NCBI GenBank assembly: GCA_944392665.1
Contig: CALXXJ010000002.1
Location: 3,429 to 67,428, forward strand
Source: an uncultured Clostridia bacterium
GTDB taxonomy: Bacteria > Bacillota > Clostridia > TANB77 > CAG-508
DNA length: 64,000 bases
Reading direction: 5' to 3'
Shown here: one piece after another, positions 1-9,507 of the stretch
Layout of the letters: each line of letters begins with the position of its first letter
Position numbering within the stretch: position 1 is the first letter of the stretch
Made by a program: the position numbers and the translations under genes
Notes under the pieces: generated by a model
What the model was told of the DNA's origin: nothing
Databases searched by the model: none
What the model saw: the letters and a program-made list of their open reading frames with translations, nothing else

Positions 1-984
1 TTCAAATTTTCTAATTTCTCCATCCTCTATAATATTTCCTTCACTATCTATCTTTCCGTGATTATGTTTTTCCCCATAATTTGCATGTATCTTATATATT
101 TCTGGTTGTGAATCAATATTTTTAAACCATTCTTTTGCTTCTTCTGCCATTTGTTCTAAATGTTGCTGGTCTTTACAAAATACAATATATCTCCCATCTT
201 TTTTTTCTATATTTTTTTCAAATATTTCACTTAAACCTTCTGCCCTATCTACTATACTTCTCATTTTTTTATATTTTTCTAGTAAAATTGCTTTTTTCTT
301 TGGATCTGGACATTCTAGTATTTTTGTTTTAATATCTTCCACATCGTCTTTTAATGTATACAATGCTGGTACATATTTATGTGGTTTTATTATATTTCGT
401 TGTATAGCTTCTACTAATGTAATTTCAGATGCAATATATTTGTCTAAAGTTTCCTCATTGATTTTTTCATTTTCGCTAACAATTCCTAAAACTTTTGCGA
501 TTTCATTAGCCATATTTCTATTATCTTTATCATTTCTATCTGGAGTTGCCGTCATTCCTAGAACCTTCGCATTTGGATATAACTTTAATAAACTTTGTAC
601 TCTTTCTCCCCATTTTTCAGCTCCAACTCTGTGCATTTCATCCAAAATAATAATGTCTGGCTTTAATTTCTTTAGAGTCTCATCCGAACGATTTAATAAA
701 GATTGATATAAATGCATTTTTAAATTTGGTAATATTTCTCTCCACTCTTTTTCGTTATTCTCTTGCATGTACTTTTTTATATAGTCTTGAAATTGTCTAT
801 TTATTGATTTATATGGTGATAAAAATAATACCCTTTTATCTTTATTTTCTTCTAATAGTTTCATAGCTACAAAACTTTTACCTGCTCCAGTTGGAAATAT
901 TATTACACCATATCTTCCATTTTCAAATTTTTGTTTTAAATTATCATATGCTTCTTGTTGATGTTTTTGTAAATTTAATGACAT
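1..984 (-). CDS. Superfamily 2 (DEAD/DEAH, ResIII-like) helicase, 5' part; runs off the window edge
   Basis: Not in ORF track because no stop lies in the window. Hand translation from ATG 984 (RBS AAGGAG): MSLNLQKHQQEAY...FPTGAGKS (Walker A), IILDEMHRVGAEKWG (Walker B), GMTATPDR (motif III), RYIVFC (motif IV); open to base 1. Confidence 0.85.
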   Translation of the reverse strand, partial: MSLNLQKHQQEAYDNLKQKFENGRYGVIIFPTGAGKSFVAMKLLEENKDKRVLFLSPYKSINRQFQDYIKKYMQENNEKEWREILPNLKMHLYQSLLNRSDETLKKLKPDIIILDEMHRVGAEKWGERVQSLLKLYPNAKVLGMTATPDRNDKDNRNMANEIAKVLGIVSENEKINEETLDKYIASEITLVEAIQRNIIKPHKYVPALYTLKDDVEDIKTKILECPDPKKKAILLEKYKKMRSIVDRAEGLSEIFEKNIEKKDGRYIVFCKDQQHLEQMAEEAKEWFKNIDSQPEIYKIHANYGEKHNHGKIDSEGNIIEDGEIRKFE

Positions 985-1127
985 ATATTTCTCCTTCTTA
1001 TCTCCATTTTCAAAACTATTTTACTATATTTTTTAGTTTTTTTCAATATTCTTATCTTTATGTGGTTCTTGCCCTAAGTATATCTGTTTTGTTATGATTA
1101 AAAATATTCTTTCTAATATTAATTTTA

Positions 1128-2000
1128 TTATCCACTTCCATAATCAATTTTAAATTGCAAATCACTATCAGAATAATATTCTGTAATTGCATTATACAAA
1201 CAACTAATTATAAAATTTGTACTATTATAAATTTGAGTATCTGGTTTCAAATAGTTTAATTTATCAAAGGCATAAAAAATAATAGAAGCATTTAATAATT
1301 GCATTCTACTTCTTACATTTTCTTTTGGTAAAATTGCTTGTCCTATTTTTAACTCTTTTGAATAAAACATTATATCAAGTACATTTTCTATAATATTTCG
1401 TTGCTTTTCATCAAATAAATATAATTCACATTTTTGTTTAATATATTCTAAATTTTCTTTCTCAATATCTGACTGACTAACATCAATATTATTATTTTTT
1501 TGTTTTATAATATATTTATTATTTATTCGTAAATTTTCTGTATTACTAATCGGATGTTCTCCTTCAAAATAATCTCTTCTTCTTTGATTGTCCAATCGTA
1601 TATATTCCGAATCCGTTTCCATATTATAATCACTAATTATATCATTAGTTTCTATTTCTTCATGTTCTATCTTTCCTATATAAATTAAATTTGGTTTTCC
1701 AAATCCCTGTTTTTCTTCTTTAATTAGATTAGCATTTCTTAATTCTTTAAATGCCCTTGTTACTGGTTTATCACTTAAATTCAATTTATTTTGAATTTCT
1801 TTTCTAGTGTATATTAAATATATTTCTCCTTGATTATTTATCCAATGATTTATTTTTGATAATTTCATTCTATTTAATAAAAATGAATAAATTACCTTAG
1901 CTTCTAAACTTAATTTTTTATATTTTTCATTATCAAATAATTCTTGTGGCATTTGATAAAAGCTATATTCCAATGTTTCATTTATTTTATATATTTTCAT
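1128..2000 (-). CDS. RepA_N family replication initiator protein
   Basis: N-terminus FYQMPQELFDNEKYKKLSLEAKVIYSFLLNRMKLS...NHWINNQGEIYLIYTRKEI...QGFGKPNLIYI is typical RepA_N; likely start ATG 2000. Confidence 0.85.
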   Translation of the reverse strand: MKIYKINETLEYSFYQMPQELFDNEKYKKLSLEAKVIYSFLLNRMKLSKINHWINNQGEIYLIYTRKEIQNKLNLSDKPVTRAFKELRNANLIKEEKQGFGKPNLIYIGKIEHEEIETNDIISDYNMETDSEYIRLDNQRRRDYFEGEHPISNTENLRINNKYIIKQKNNNIDVSQSDIEKENLEYIKQKCELYLFDEKQRNIIENVLDIMFYSKELKIGQAILPKENVRSRMQLLNASIIFYAFDKLNYLKPDTQIYNSTNFIISCLYNAITEYYSDSDLQFKIDYGSG

Positions 2001-2943
2001 CTTCTTCACCTCCAATTGTTTCTCTATATTCTTTTAGTAACTCATTTATCTTTTCTCTTGTTAGACTTTTATAATGACATTCTGGCAAATATTTAGTAAT
2101 AGTTGTTTCATATTCTTCTAGTCCGAAAATATAGATATTTTTATAATTTTCATTTTCTTTAAAATAGTAATGTAGTCTTGATAACTTTTCCATATTGATT
2201 AATGGCATTATTACAATATAATTATTATCATCTAACTTTAAATCAGCAAATTTAAAATCCGTAATCTCTACCTCATATAATTCTTTTAATCTATTATAAA
2301 TACTTATTCTTATTTCGAAATTATTTCTTATCAAAAATTTTCCGTATTCATTGTATGGTATTAAAATCGTGTAATTATTACCAAAGTAAAATCCTTTTTT
2401 ATTCATAACTATTTTTTCAATATCATTTGTAAATATCATTGCATTTTTATATTCATGTTCTTTTCTAATATCATAATATATTGATTTTATATACTTATCA
2501 TCTTTTCCTTCATAAATTGCATATACCAAAAACTCATCTTGTTCGTTGTATTCTAATTTTCCTATATATCTTCTTGAATGTGTTGTTGGTTCATCTTCCT
2601 TTTTCATATCCCAACTTGGTATAAAACTCAAGTTATCTTGTATTAGAGAACTTGCTATGTCACTTATAACTTTTAATCTTTCTATGTTATTTTCATTTCT
2701 ACAATGATTCCTTACTTCAAGTCCGTTATCCAGTAAATATTCTTTTCCTTTAATTCCTAAAGTTATATATCTATGTTTTAACCTTCTAATATAATTGTGT
2801 TTTACCAAATTTACAATTCTTTTTTCTTGATATGTCTTTGTTTCATAAATATATCTTGTATTATCTAATGATATTATTTTATATTTTCCTAAAAAAATTA
2901 ATAATTCTATATCTCTACTTTGTAATCTTATTTCTTCTTTCAT
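1987..2943 (-). CDS. Putative replication-relaxation (Replic_Relax-like) protein
   Basis: N-terminal LQSRDIELLIFLGKYKIIS...KRIVNLVKHNYI...YITLGIKGKEYL winged-helix pattern; overlaps repA start. Confidence 0.5.
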   Translation of the reverse strand: MKEEIRLQSRDIELLIFLGKYKIISLDNTRYIYETKTYQEKRIVNLVKHNYIRRLKHRYITLGIKGKEYLLDNGLEVRNHCRNENNIERLKVISDIASSLIQDNLSFIPSWDMKKEDEPTTHSRRYIGKLEYNEQDEFLVYAIYEGKDDKYIKSIYYDIRKEHEYKNAMIFTNDIEKIVMNKKGFYFGNNYTILIPYNEYGKFLIRNNFEIRISIYNRLKELYEVEITDFKFADLKLDDNNYIVIMPLINMEKLSRLHYYFKENENYKNIYIFGLEEYETTITKYLPECHYKSLTREKINELLKEYRETIGGEEDENI

Positions 2944-3008
2944 TTCAATCACCTCTTCCTAAAATTCCCCTTAATCATCCCCTAACATTTCATTAAATTA
3001 TACTTTTG

Positions 3009-3155
3009 TAGAGGCAACATATTGTATATGTTACCTCTACTCTAGACAATTATTTTTATTAAAATATTTTTCTAATGCCTATTATTTGTGTACTTTTAGA
3101 TATGAAATCACATGGCAAAATTTCTCTTTATTTTTTCTGTAAAATCTTGCCATGT
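3009..3155. other. Two hairpins upstream of the replication/relaxation genes (oriT or regulatory candidate)
   Basis: TAGAGGCAACATA-ttg-TATATGTTACCTCTA near 3009-3039 and ACATGGCAA...TTGCCATGT near 3110-3155. Confidence 0.35.
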
Positions 3156-3167
3156 TTGTATATATTA

Positions 3168-3761
3168 TTATCTTATTCTTTTGTTAATTATTCTAGTTAT
3201 CTCTTCTGCTGACAATACATATACTTCCGTATGTGGTTTGTCTGAATGATATCCTTGTACCATATAACAAGCACAATAAATATTATCATCTTTTATTACT
3301 TTTCCATTTATTAACCCATCATGAATTGGTTTTACATTTCTGTTATCTGTATCCCATATTTTCATATCATCATATATTTTTATAATTACCATTACAAATT
3401 TATCATAAAACATTCCTTTAAATTTGTTTGTAACTTTTGAAACATTATATGTAATTTGTTTTTGAATATAATTTGCTCCCCTTTTTATAGATGGTATCTT
3501 TTCTGGAATATATATTTTTAAAATATCATCTTCTACTTTTGCTTTATAATCATAATCTATAAACTCTGTTCCCTTGTCATCCATAAATTCTAACCACATA
3601 TTTCTTTGTCTTACTGCATCATACATGTCCATTCTTGTTTTCTCTAATTTATAAAAATATTTTTCTAGTTCTTCATCTTTTATTTCTTCTTTCGTTTTTA
3701 ATAATTTTTCACTTATATCCTTAATTTTTTCTATTGATTCTATAATTTCTTCTTTTTTCAT
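3168..3761 (-). CDS. RusA-like endonuclease / Holliday junction resolvase fold protein
   Basis: WDTDNRNVKPIHDGLINGKVIKDDN matches the RusA D-x-D-N...K...D-x-L...DD motif; N-terminal coiled coil. Confidence 0.55.
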   Translation of the reverse strand: MKKEEIIESIEKIKDISEKLLKTKEEIKDEELEKYFYKLEKTRMDMYDAVRQRNMWLEFMDDKGTEFIDYDYKAKVEDDILKIYIPEKIPSIKRGANYIQKQITYNVSKVTNKFKGMFYDKFVMVIIKIYDDMKIWDTDNRNVKPIHDGLINGKVIKDDNIYCACYMVQGYHSDKPHTEVYVLSAEEITRIINKRIR

Positions 3762-3830
3762 AAATATCACTCTCACTTTCTTTAATTTTTAGGTATAAAA
3801 ATAGAAGGTACAATAATACCTTCTAATATT

Positions 3831-6122
3831 TCATATTCTTATCAAAATTTCATTTAGATTTTTAATTTCTGAAATTTCCAATTTATTATATTCTCTTAAT
3901 GTTAAATCATATACATCTTCTTTACAATCCTCATAATCTAATGTCGCCACAACTGCATATTTTACATAATTATCTGTTCCTTTTCCTCTATCCATAGCAT
4001 GGAGAACAATATATGGTTTACTTAAATTCATATATTTGATTTCTGTTGTTCTTTTTATTATTGTATCCCATTTAAAGTTCTTCTTTCGTTCAGATTCAGG
4101 CTTATATTTATTATCAAAATTAGAATATGCAACAGGTGTATTTTCTTTATCCCATCCTTCTTGTATCAATCGCTCAAATTCTTCCCTTTGTTTTTCTATA
4201 TTAATCGTTCTTGTCCTTCTCTTTCCATTAATTCTTTTAGACAAGGTAAATTTATTAATATTTGGATAAAAAGTGTCTTCTATACATGTAGTAGTATAAT
4301 CTTCTGTGTTTTGAGGTTCTATTTCAGTTGCTAAAGCGATAGTCCATGTGACTCTTACTTTTCCATTATAATTTAACCCTGTAACATAAGGTAATTCTAG
4401 TTTAATCGAATTTTTCGGCATAATCTTTGCTTGGTAAATTGTTGTAACCTCACTATTTGCACAAGATAAAATATCATCTACATCTGGATTAGCAATACCA
4501 TGTCCCATATACTTATCGGCTCTATTATCCGGGTGTTTAGCTGTATGAACTAATAAGGCTCTAGCTAATAATGAATTAGCTCCTTCTAATCTTCCTTCTA
4601 TTTCTGCAGCTTTGGCAGCAACTAACGGACTTGCAAAACTTGTTCCTGCTGAAGCATTTATACTTTTTCCATCAGATGATATCAGTTGAAATGGGTTATT
4701 ATTTGTACCTCCAAAATCTAATAAATCTGGCTTAACCTTGCACCCTTCTCTTCCATCACCATAGCAACTATATGGTGCCCTTTCTAATTCATCTATATAA
4801 TTTTTGGTATATGCACCTACTCCTAGACAATTTACTCCATCTGCTGGTGACTGTATTCTTCCTAATTCATCCGGTAATTCCCCATCATTTCCAACTGCAA
4901 CTACAAACAATTTATCTCCATCTTTAGATAATCTATCTAATGCATATGTAAATCTAGATATACAATCATCTTCAATTGGACCATATGGTCCAAAAGATAA
5001 ATTATATACTTTTATATCTTGGTGCTTCGGTACCTCTTCTTCTATTAAATCTATTGCTTCATATAAATCTATATCCATACTATTATTTAATGGTAATACT
5101 CTAAAACTTTTTACATTAATTTTAGGTATTGGTAATATATCATTGCTATTATATTTAGCTAAATTCCCCCATAGTGCTGCACCAGCTACACCGCTCCCAT
5201 GAGATACTGAATTTTCTTCTTTTTGTGTAGTTACAAGATTATATTCTTCTACAAATCCTGAAAAATATGGATTATTATCATTTATTCCTCCATCAAAAAT
5301 CCCTAAACTTATTGAAGATGTAGCTTTTTCTTTTGGAGGCTTAGGTAATTGAAATTGATATCCTAAAGACCTAATAGTAGGTAATTGCCTAAATTCTATT
5401 GGATGAACTGTTCTAATAGGATTGAATTTAATTATCTCTTTTAATATTTTCTTATTTAAAATTGCACTCACAAATGTTATTCCAGAATCATATTGTTTGA
5501 ATTTTACTTTATTTATATCTCCTCCATATTTTTGTAATAATTTGAAAAATTCCTCTTTAACATTATTTGATTTATTTCCAAAAGGATGTAATACAAATTC
5601 AACTTGACCTTGATTCCAGTTTTGTTTGAAATTTCTAATTAGTTCCTCATGGTCGTCAAAATATAATTCTTCTATACTTCTTATATTGTCCTTTTGTATT
5701 TTATTAAAATAATTTTCTGATTGTAAATTTCTAGCAAATTCTTGTAAATTATTTTTATTTATCTTAATAAAGATTTCCTTTCCTATTTTTATTTTTTCTT
5801 TATCCTTTACTTTTTCTTTTTTAGTCCACTTTTTACTTCCGATATCTTCTGCATTAATTTTAGCTATTAATGATGATGGATGATATGTTTTTGCTGAATA
5901 ATCAATATCAATTTTCATTGTTAAAACTATATCTTCCATCAAGTATTCTTGATTTGTTTCATCTATCTTTTCAATAATTGAGTCTATTTCTCCCCTTAAT
6001 CTATTTCTAGCGACATCAAAAGAAGGTCTATTATCTTTTGTAGGAAATCCATTGTGCTCTTTATATATTGTTATATATTCTTCTCCTTTTGCTAGGATAG
6101 GTCTTTTAATTCCTTTACTCAT
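3831..6122 (-). CDS. S8 subtilisin-like serine protease, IetS-type
   Basis: Catalytic triad motifs GIFDGG, SHGSGVAG, AGTSFASP; oxyanion-hole region VAVGNDG; directly downstream of an AAA ATPase. Confidence 0.9.
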   Translation of the reverse strand: MSKGIKRPILAKGEEYITIYKEHNGFPTKDNRPSFDVARNRLRGEIDSIIEKIDETNQEYLMEDIVLTMKIDIDYSAKTYHPSSLIAKINAEDIGSKKWTKKEKVKDKEKIKIGKEIFIKINKNNLQEFARNLQSENYFNKIQKDNIRSIEELYFDDHEELIRNFKQNWNQGQVEFVLHPFGNKSNNVKEEFFKLLQKYGGDINKVKFKQYDSGITFVSAILNKKILKEIIKFNPIRTVHPIEFRQLPTIRSLGYQFQLPKPPKEKATSSISLGIFDGGINDNNPYFSGFVEEYNLVTTQKEENSVSHGSGVAGAALWGNLAKYNSNDILPIPKINVKSFRVLPLNNSMDIDLYEAIDLIEEEVPKHQDIKVYNLSFGPYGPIEDDCISRFTYALDRLSKDGDKLFVVAVGNDGELPDELGRIQSPADGVNCLGVGAYTKNYIDELERAPYSCYGDGREGCKVKPDLLDFGGTNNNPFQLISSDGKSINASAGTSFASPLVAAKAAEIEGRLEGANSLLARALLVHTAKHPDNRADKYMGHGIANPDVDDILSCANSEVTTIYQAKIMPKNSIKLELPYVTGLNYNGKVRVTWTIALATEIEPQNTEDYTTTCIEDTFYPNINKFTLSKRINGKRRTRTINIEKQREEFERLIQEGWDKENTPVAYSNFDNKYKPESERKKNFKWDTIIKRTTEIKYMNLSKPYIVLHAMDRGKGTDNYVKYAVVATLDYEDCKEDVYDLTLREYNKLEISEIKNLNEILIRI

Positions 6123-6125
6123 TTT

Positions 6126-7223
6126 CTATTTTCTCCTCTCTTTTAAATAATTTTGTATTGCAGATATGCTTTTATCTAATATTTGTGCCATTTCTCTATA
6201 TGTCATATTACATTCATTTTTTGCAATCTTACAAAAAAACCTATTGAATTCTTTTCCCTTATTATTTATATCTGCTATTTCAATTATTAAAGATTTAAAT
6301 ATTTCTGTATTATATAGAACATTCCTTTTTTGTGCCTTTTGACATACTTTTACAATATCTGCTGGTGACATATCTGTCGATAATTTTCCTAATAAATTAG
6401 ACTTTTCAGTTATTAATTTTTCAAATTTAGTATTTTGAAAATTATTTATAAATATTTCTTTTCTCGTATTTTCTTCTGGCATAGGTATATTTATTGATAT
6501 ATCAAATCTTCTCCAAATTGCATTATCTAATAGTTCTGGATGATTAGTTGCTGCAATTAATATTGAATTTTCTGGCCAATCTTCTAATTCTTTTAGTAAA
6601 ATATTAACTACCCTTTTTAATTCTCCTAAATCACTAGAATCATCTCTTCTTTTTGCAATAGCATCAAATTCATCTAACAACAATATTGTTGGTTGTTCTT
6701 TAGCATAATCTATTACTTTTTTCAAATTCTTACCTGTTTTTCCTAAATAACTAGAAATTGCAGAAGACATATCTAATACTGCAAATTTAATATTTAATAA
6801 GCCTGATAAATATTTAGCTAATAGTGTTTTTCCTACTCCTGGTTTTCCATATAGTAAAATTGATGATGTAGGTTTTAACCCTAATGCAACTAATTCATTG
6901 ATATTTTTTCTCTCATTTATTATCATTTTTATTTTTTCTTCTATTTCTTTAGGATATATTGGAGGTTCAACATCAATTGGTTCACTTACTTTTAACAGCT
7001 CCAATTTATTTTCAACATCTTGAGGTGTTGATTCATATCCCAGTGCTTTAGCACTTCTTAATCCAGAAGCATTATAATTTAAAGCCTTTGATATTTCTGA
7101 TGCAATTTGGGGATTTTCATTCTTTAAATTTCTTATAACCTTAGTAGATATTGCTCTAACCATTTGTAAATCATTATCTAAACTCGCTCTTATAAGTTGT
7201 GCTATATAGTTTTCTATCTTCAT
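6126..7223 (-). CDS. AAA+ ATPase, IetA-type partner of the S8 protease
   Basis: Walker A GKPGVGKT, Walker B LLLDEFD, SRH AATNHPELLDNAIWRRFD; 3 nt gap to the S8 gene. Confidence 0.9.
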   Translation of the reverse strand: MKIENYIAQLIRASLDNDLQMVRAISTKVIRNLKNENPQIASEISKALNYNASGLRSAKALGYESTPQDVENKLELLKVSEPIDVEPPIYPKEIEEKIKMIINERKNINELVALGLKPTSSILLYGKPGVGKTLLAKYLSGLLNIKFAVLDMSSAISSYLGKTGKNLKKVIDYAKEQPTILLLDEFDAIAKRRDDSSDLGELKRVVNILLKELEDWPENSILIAATNHPELLDNAIWRRFDISINIPMPEENTRKEIFINNFQNTKFEKLITEKSNLLGKLSTDMSPADIVKVCQKAQKRNVLYNTEIFKSLIIEIADINNKGKEFNRFFCKIAKNECNMTYREMAQILDKSISAIQNYLKERRK

Positions 7224-7605
7224 CTCTAGTATCGCTCCTTTTTTAATACATTTTATTGTATCTTCGTGTATTTATCAGAATTTTATTTTGTATTATTTTT
7301 TAACATCTATTTGAATTATAATACAAACAAAAAATAAAGTCTACAATATTTTTTAATTTTTTTATTTTTTTGATTCTTATAATTAAATTTATATAAAAAA
7401 GAGTATATTTCCAGAAGAATTTAATTATTAATCAATATTTTGTTCAATAATTAAATTATCCTTATATACTCTTCTTTGCCTATAATTCAACTTTACAAAT
7501 CACATCATATTTAATTTCTTCCTTTATTGTATAACCTGTCCTATTCTGATTATTTGCTGTTATATAATCTTTTCTTACTATTTTTCTGTCAAAACCAAAC
7601 TTTGT

Positions 7606-7685
7606 ATATTTATTCTCTATTAAGGCACAATTATAGATGTTATGGTTGCAAGATTGATAGTTGTTCTCTTTTATGGCACAATGAT
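7606..7685. repeat. Two imperfect 29-bp direct repeats at the ylmC breakpoint (att-like)
   Basis: Minus strand ATCATTGTGCCATAAAAGAGAACAACTAT (7685-7657) vs ATAATTGTGCCTTAATAGAGAATAAATAT (7634-7606), 24/29 identical. Confidence 0.7.
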
Positions 7686-7802
7686 ATGGGTAATATTCCC
7701 TGTTTCTAAATCTGCACATACATCCTGCACATACCCTAATCTTTTTCCATCATTAATATTAATTACTTCTTTATGTTTAAAATCCAATCCTTTTTCTTGC
7801 AT
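7671..7802 (-). pseudogene. ylmC: YlmC/YmxH family PRC-barrel sporulation protein, 5' half only (interrupted)
   Basis: RBS GAGGAGG, then MQEKGLDFKHKEVININDGKRLGYVQDVCADLETGNITHIIVP* (43 aa); canonical position after sigG; family members are about twice as long. Confidence 0.85.
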
Positions 7803-7898
7803 TATGTACCTCCTCTTATCTGTCAAAACTTCATTATTTATAGTATATTCATAAATTTATAAAAATTGACACCTAATTGACTTATCTTTTTGTGCAAA

Positions 7899-7950
7899 GG
7901 GGACGGGCTAAAATGGCACAAAAATGTTCCATTTTGGCCCGTCCCTTTTG
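7899..7950. repeat. GGGACG-type REP-like palindrome downstream of sigG
   Basis: GGGACGGGCTAAAATGG...CCATTTTGGCCCGTCCC inverted repeat. Confidence 0.65.
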
Positions 7951-7959
7951 GCACTTGGT

Positions 7960-8733
7960 TCACTTATACAATCTTTTTATATGTTGTATGGCTGTTTTCT
8001 CTAGTCTTGATACTTGTGCCTGTGATATACCAATTTCTTCTGCTACTTCCATTTGTGTTCTCCCATCAAAGAATCTCTTATTTATAATCATTTTTTCTTT
8101 TTCATTTAATTTTTCCATAGCACCTTTTATTGTAATCTTTTCTGCCCATAATTCATCTGTATTTTTGCTATCTTTTATCTGATCCATAATATAGATACTT
8201 TCTGAACCATCATTATATACCGGTTCTTGTAAAGATACTGGATCTTGTATAGCATCTAAACTGAAAGCTATGTCTTCTTTTGTTACTTCTAATTCTTTGG
8301 CAATTTCTTCTACATTGGGTTCCTTTCCATGCTCTTTTGTATATCGTTCTTTAAACTGTATGACTTTATATGCTAAATCTCTCACTGACCTACTAACTCT
8401 TATACTATTATTGTCTCGTAAATATCGTTTTACTTCTCCAATAATCATAGGAACTGCATACGTACTAAATTGTACATTTTGACTTAAGTCAAAATTGTCA
8501 ATTGCTTTGATTAGCCCTACACATCCTACTTGAAATAGGTCATCTGCATTTTCTCCTCTTCCGTAAAATCTTTGTATGACGCTTAATACTAATCGTAAAT
8601 TACCATTGATAAATGTATTTCTTGCTTCTTCATCTCCTGCTTTTATTTTTACAAAAAGTGCTTCCTTTTCTTCTTTACTTAATAATGGTAAATTTGATGT
8701 ATTTACTCCACAGATTTCAACTTTATTTAGCAA
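7960..8733 (-). CDS. sigG: RNA polymerase sporulation sigma factor SigG
   Basis: NKVEICGVNTSNLPLL, DDLFQVGCVGLIKAIDNFD, FSTYAVPMIIGE, GRTQMEVAEEIGISQAQVSRLEK; TTG start. Confidence 0.97.
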   Translation of the reverse strand: MLNKVEICGVNTSNLPLLSKEEKEALFVKIKAGDEEARNTFINGNLRLVLSVIQRFYGRGENADDLFQVGCVGLIKAIDNFDLSQNVQFSTYAVPMIIGEVKRYLRDNNSIRVSRSVRDLAYKVIQFKERYTKEHGKEPNVEEIAKELEVTKEDIAFSLDAIQDPVSLQEPVYNDGSESIYIMDQIKDSKNTDELWAEKITIKGAMEKLNEKEKMIINKRFFDGRTQMEVAEEIGISQAQVSRLEKTAIQHIKRLYK

Positions 8734-8741
8734 AAAGAAAA

Positions 8742-8795
8742 CCTCCTTTTAAGAAATACTTATTATCAGTATTTCCTAAAAAGAAAGTTCTATTC
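8742..8795 (-). promoter_or_regulatory. SigF/SigG-type promoter of sigG plus RBS-covering inverted repeat
   Basis: GAATA-14 nt-GGAAATACTG on minus strand; inverted repeat AGGAAATACT-gataata-AGTATTTCTT extending into the AAGGAGG RBS. Confidence 0.6.
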
Positions 8796-8888
8796 GTTTT
8801 ATTTTATTTGTTCTTAAATCTATTTTTAATAAAAAAAGCAAAGACAGAGATTCGAATTCTCTGCCTTCACTCTCTTAAACCGTCTTAA

Positions 8889-9371
8889 CTATATTAAAAA
8901 TCTCAGAACTTCTAAGATTTTTAAAGCCTTTTCAATGTTGCCATCTCTGTTATAAAACTCTTCTAAAATTTTTCTTAATCTGTCACTCTCCTCTTCTGTT
9001 ATAGCTATTCCCATCGCTATATAGTTTTTTTCTTCATTCTCTAATTTCTTTTTTATTTTTTCTAGTGTTTCCATCCGAATTTGTTTGTAGTTTTTATTTT
9101 TTATGTCTTTTTGGACTGCTATAGGAAAATCAGATAAAATATTTTCCACATTTTCATTATCAATTCGCTCAAAAACCTCTCCAAATCCAATATCCATTCC
9201 AAAAAAGCTATATAGCTCGTGCAATTCCCAAGCTGTAATTCTTCTTTCTCCATTTTCTCTTAGAGATACAGAAGGGCCTGAGACGCCTATTTGAGACGCA
9301 ACTATTTTCTGGGATAAATTTAACCTTTCCCGCTCCAGGCGAAATGCTTCTCCATAGTTATTGCTTTTCAT
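8889..9371 (-). CDS. XRE-family helix-turn-helix protein inserted between sigE and sigG
   Basis: GEAFRLERERLNLSQKIVASQIGVSGPSVSLRENGERR is an HTH_3 pattern; RBS AAGGAGG. Confidence 0.75.
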   Translation of the reverse strand: MKSNNYGEAFRLERERLNLSQKIVASQIGVSGPSVSLRENGERRITAWELHELYSFFGMDIGFGEVFERIDNENVENILSDFPIAVQKDIKNKNYKQIRMETLEKIKKKLENEEKNYIAMGIAITEEESDRLRKILEEFYNRDGNIEKALKILEVLRFLI

Positions 9372-9507
9372 AATAAATCCTCCTTATTTAAGCTTGATTT
9401 TAATACACATTGGTTCCATTTATTTATACCATATTTTATGTAAATTTTCAACCTTTTATCATCTAATAAGAAGAATTCGTGTAAAAAACTCCTTTTTTCT
9501 TTTTTAT

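Larger units (their letters stand above)
1..7673. mobile_element. Integrated plasmid-like / integrative mobilisable element inserted in ylmC; other end outside window
   Basis: RepA_N initiator, replication-relaxation protein, RusA-like nuclease, helicase and AAA/S8 pair begin right after the point where ylmC is truncated. No integrase is visible in the window. Confidence 0.7.

Noticed and set aside
7480-7719. 79-aa ORF-track protein MCRFRNREYY...
   Set aside because: Out-of-frame overlap with the ylmC fragment and att-like repeats; no RBS or recognisable motif.
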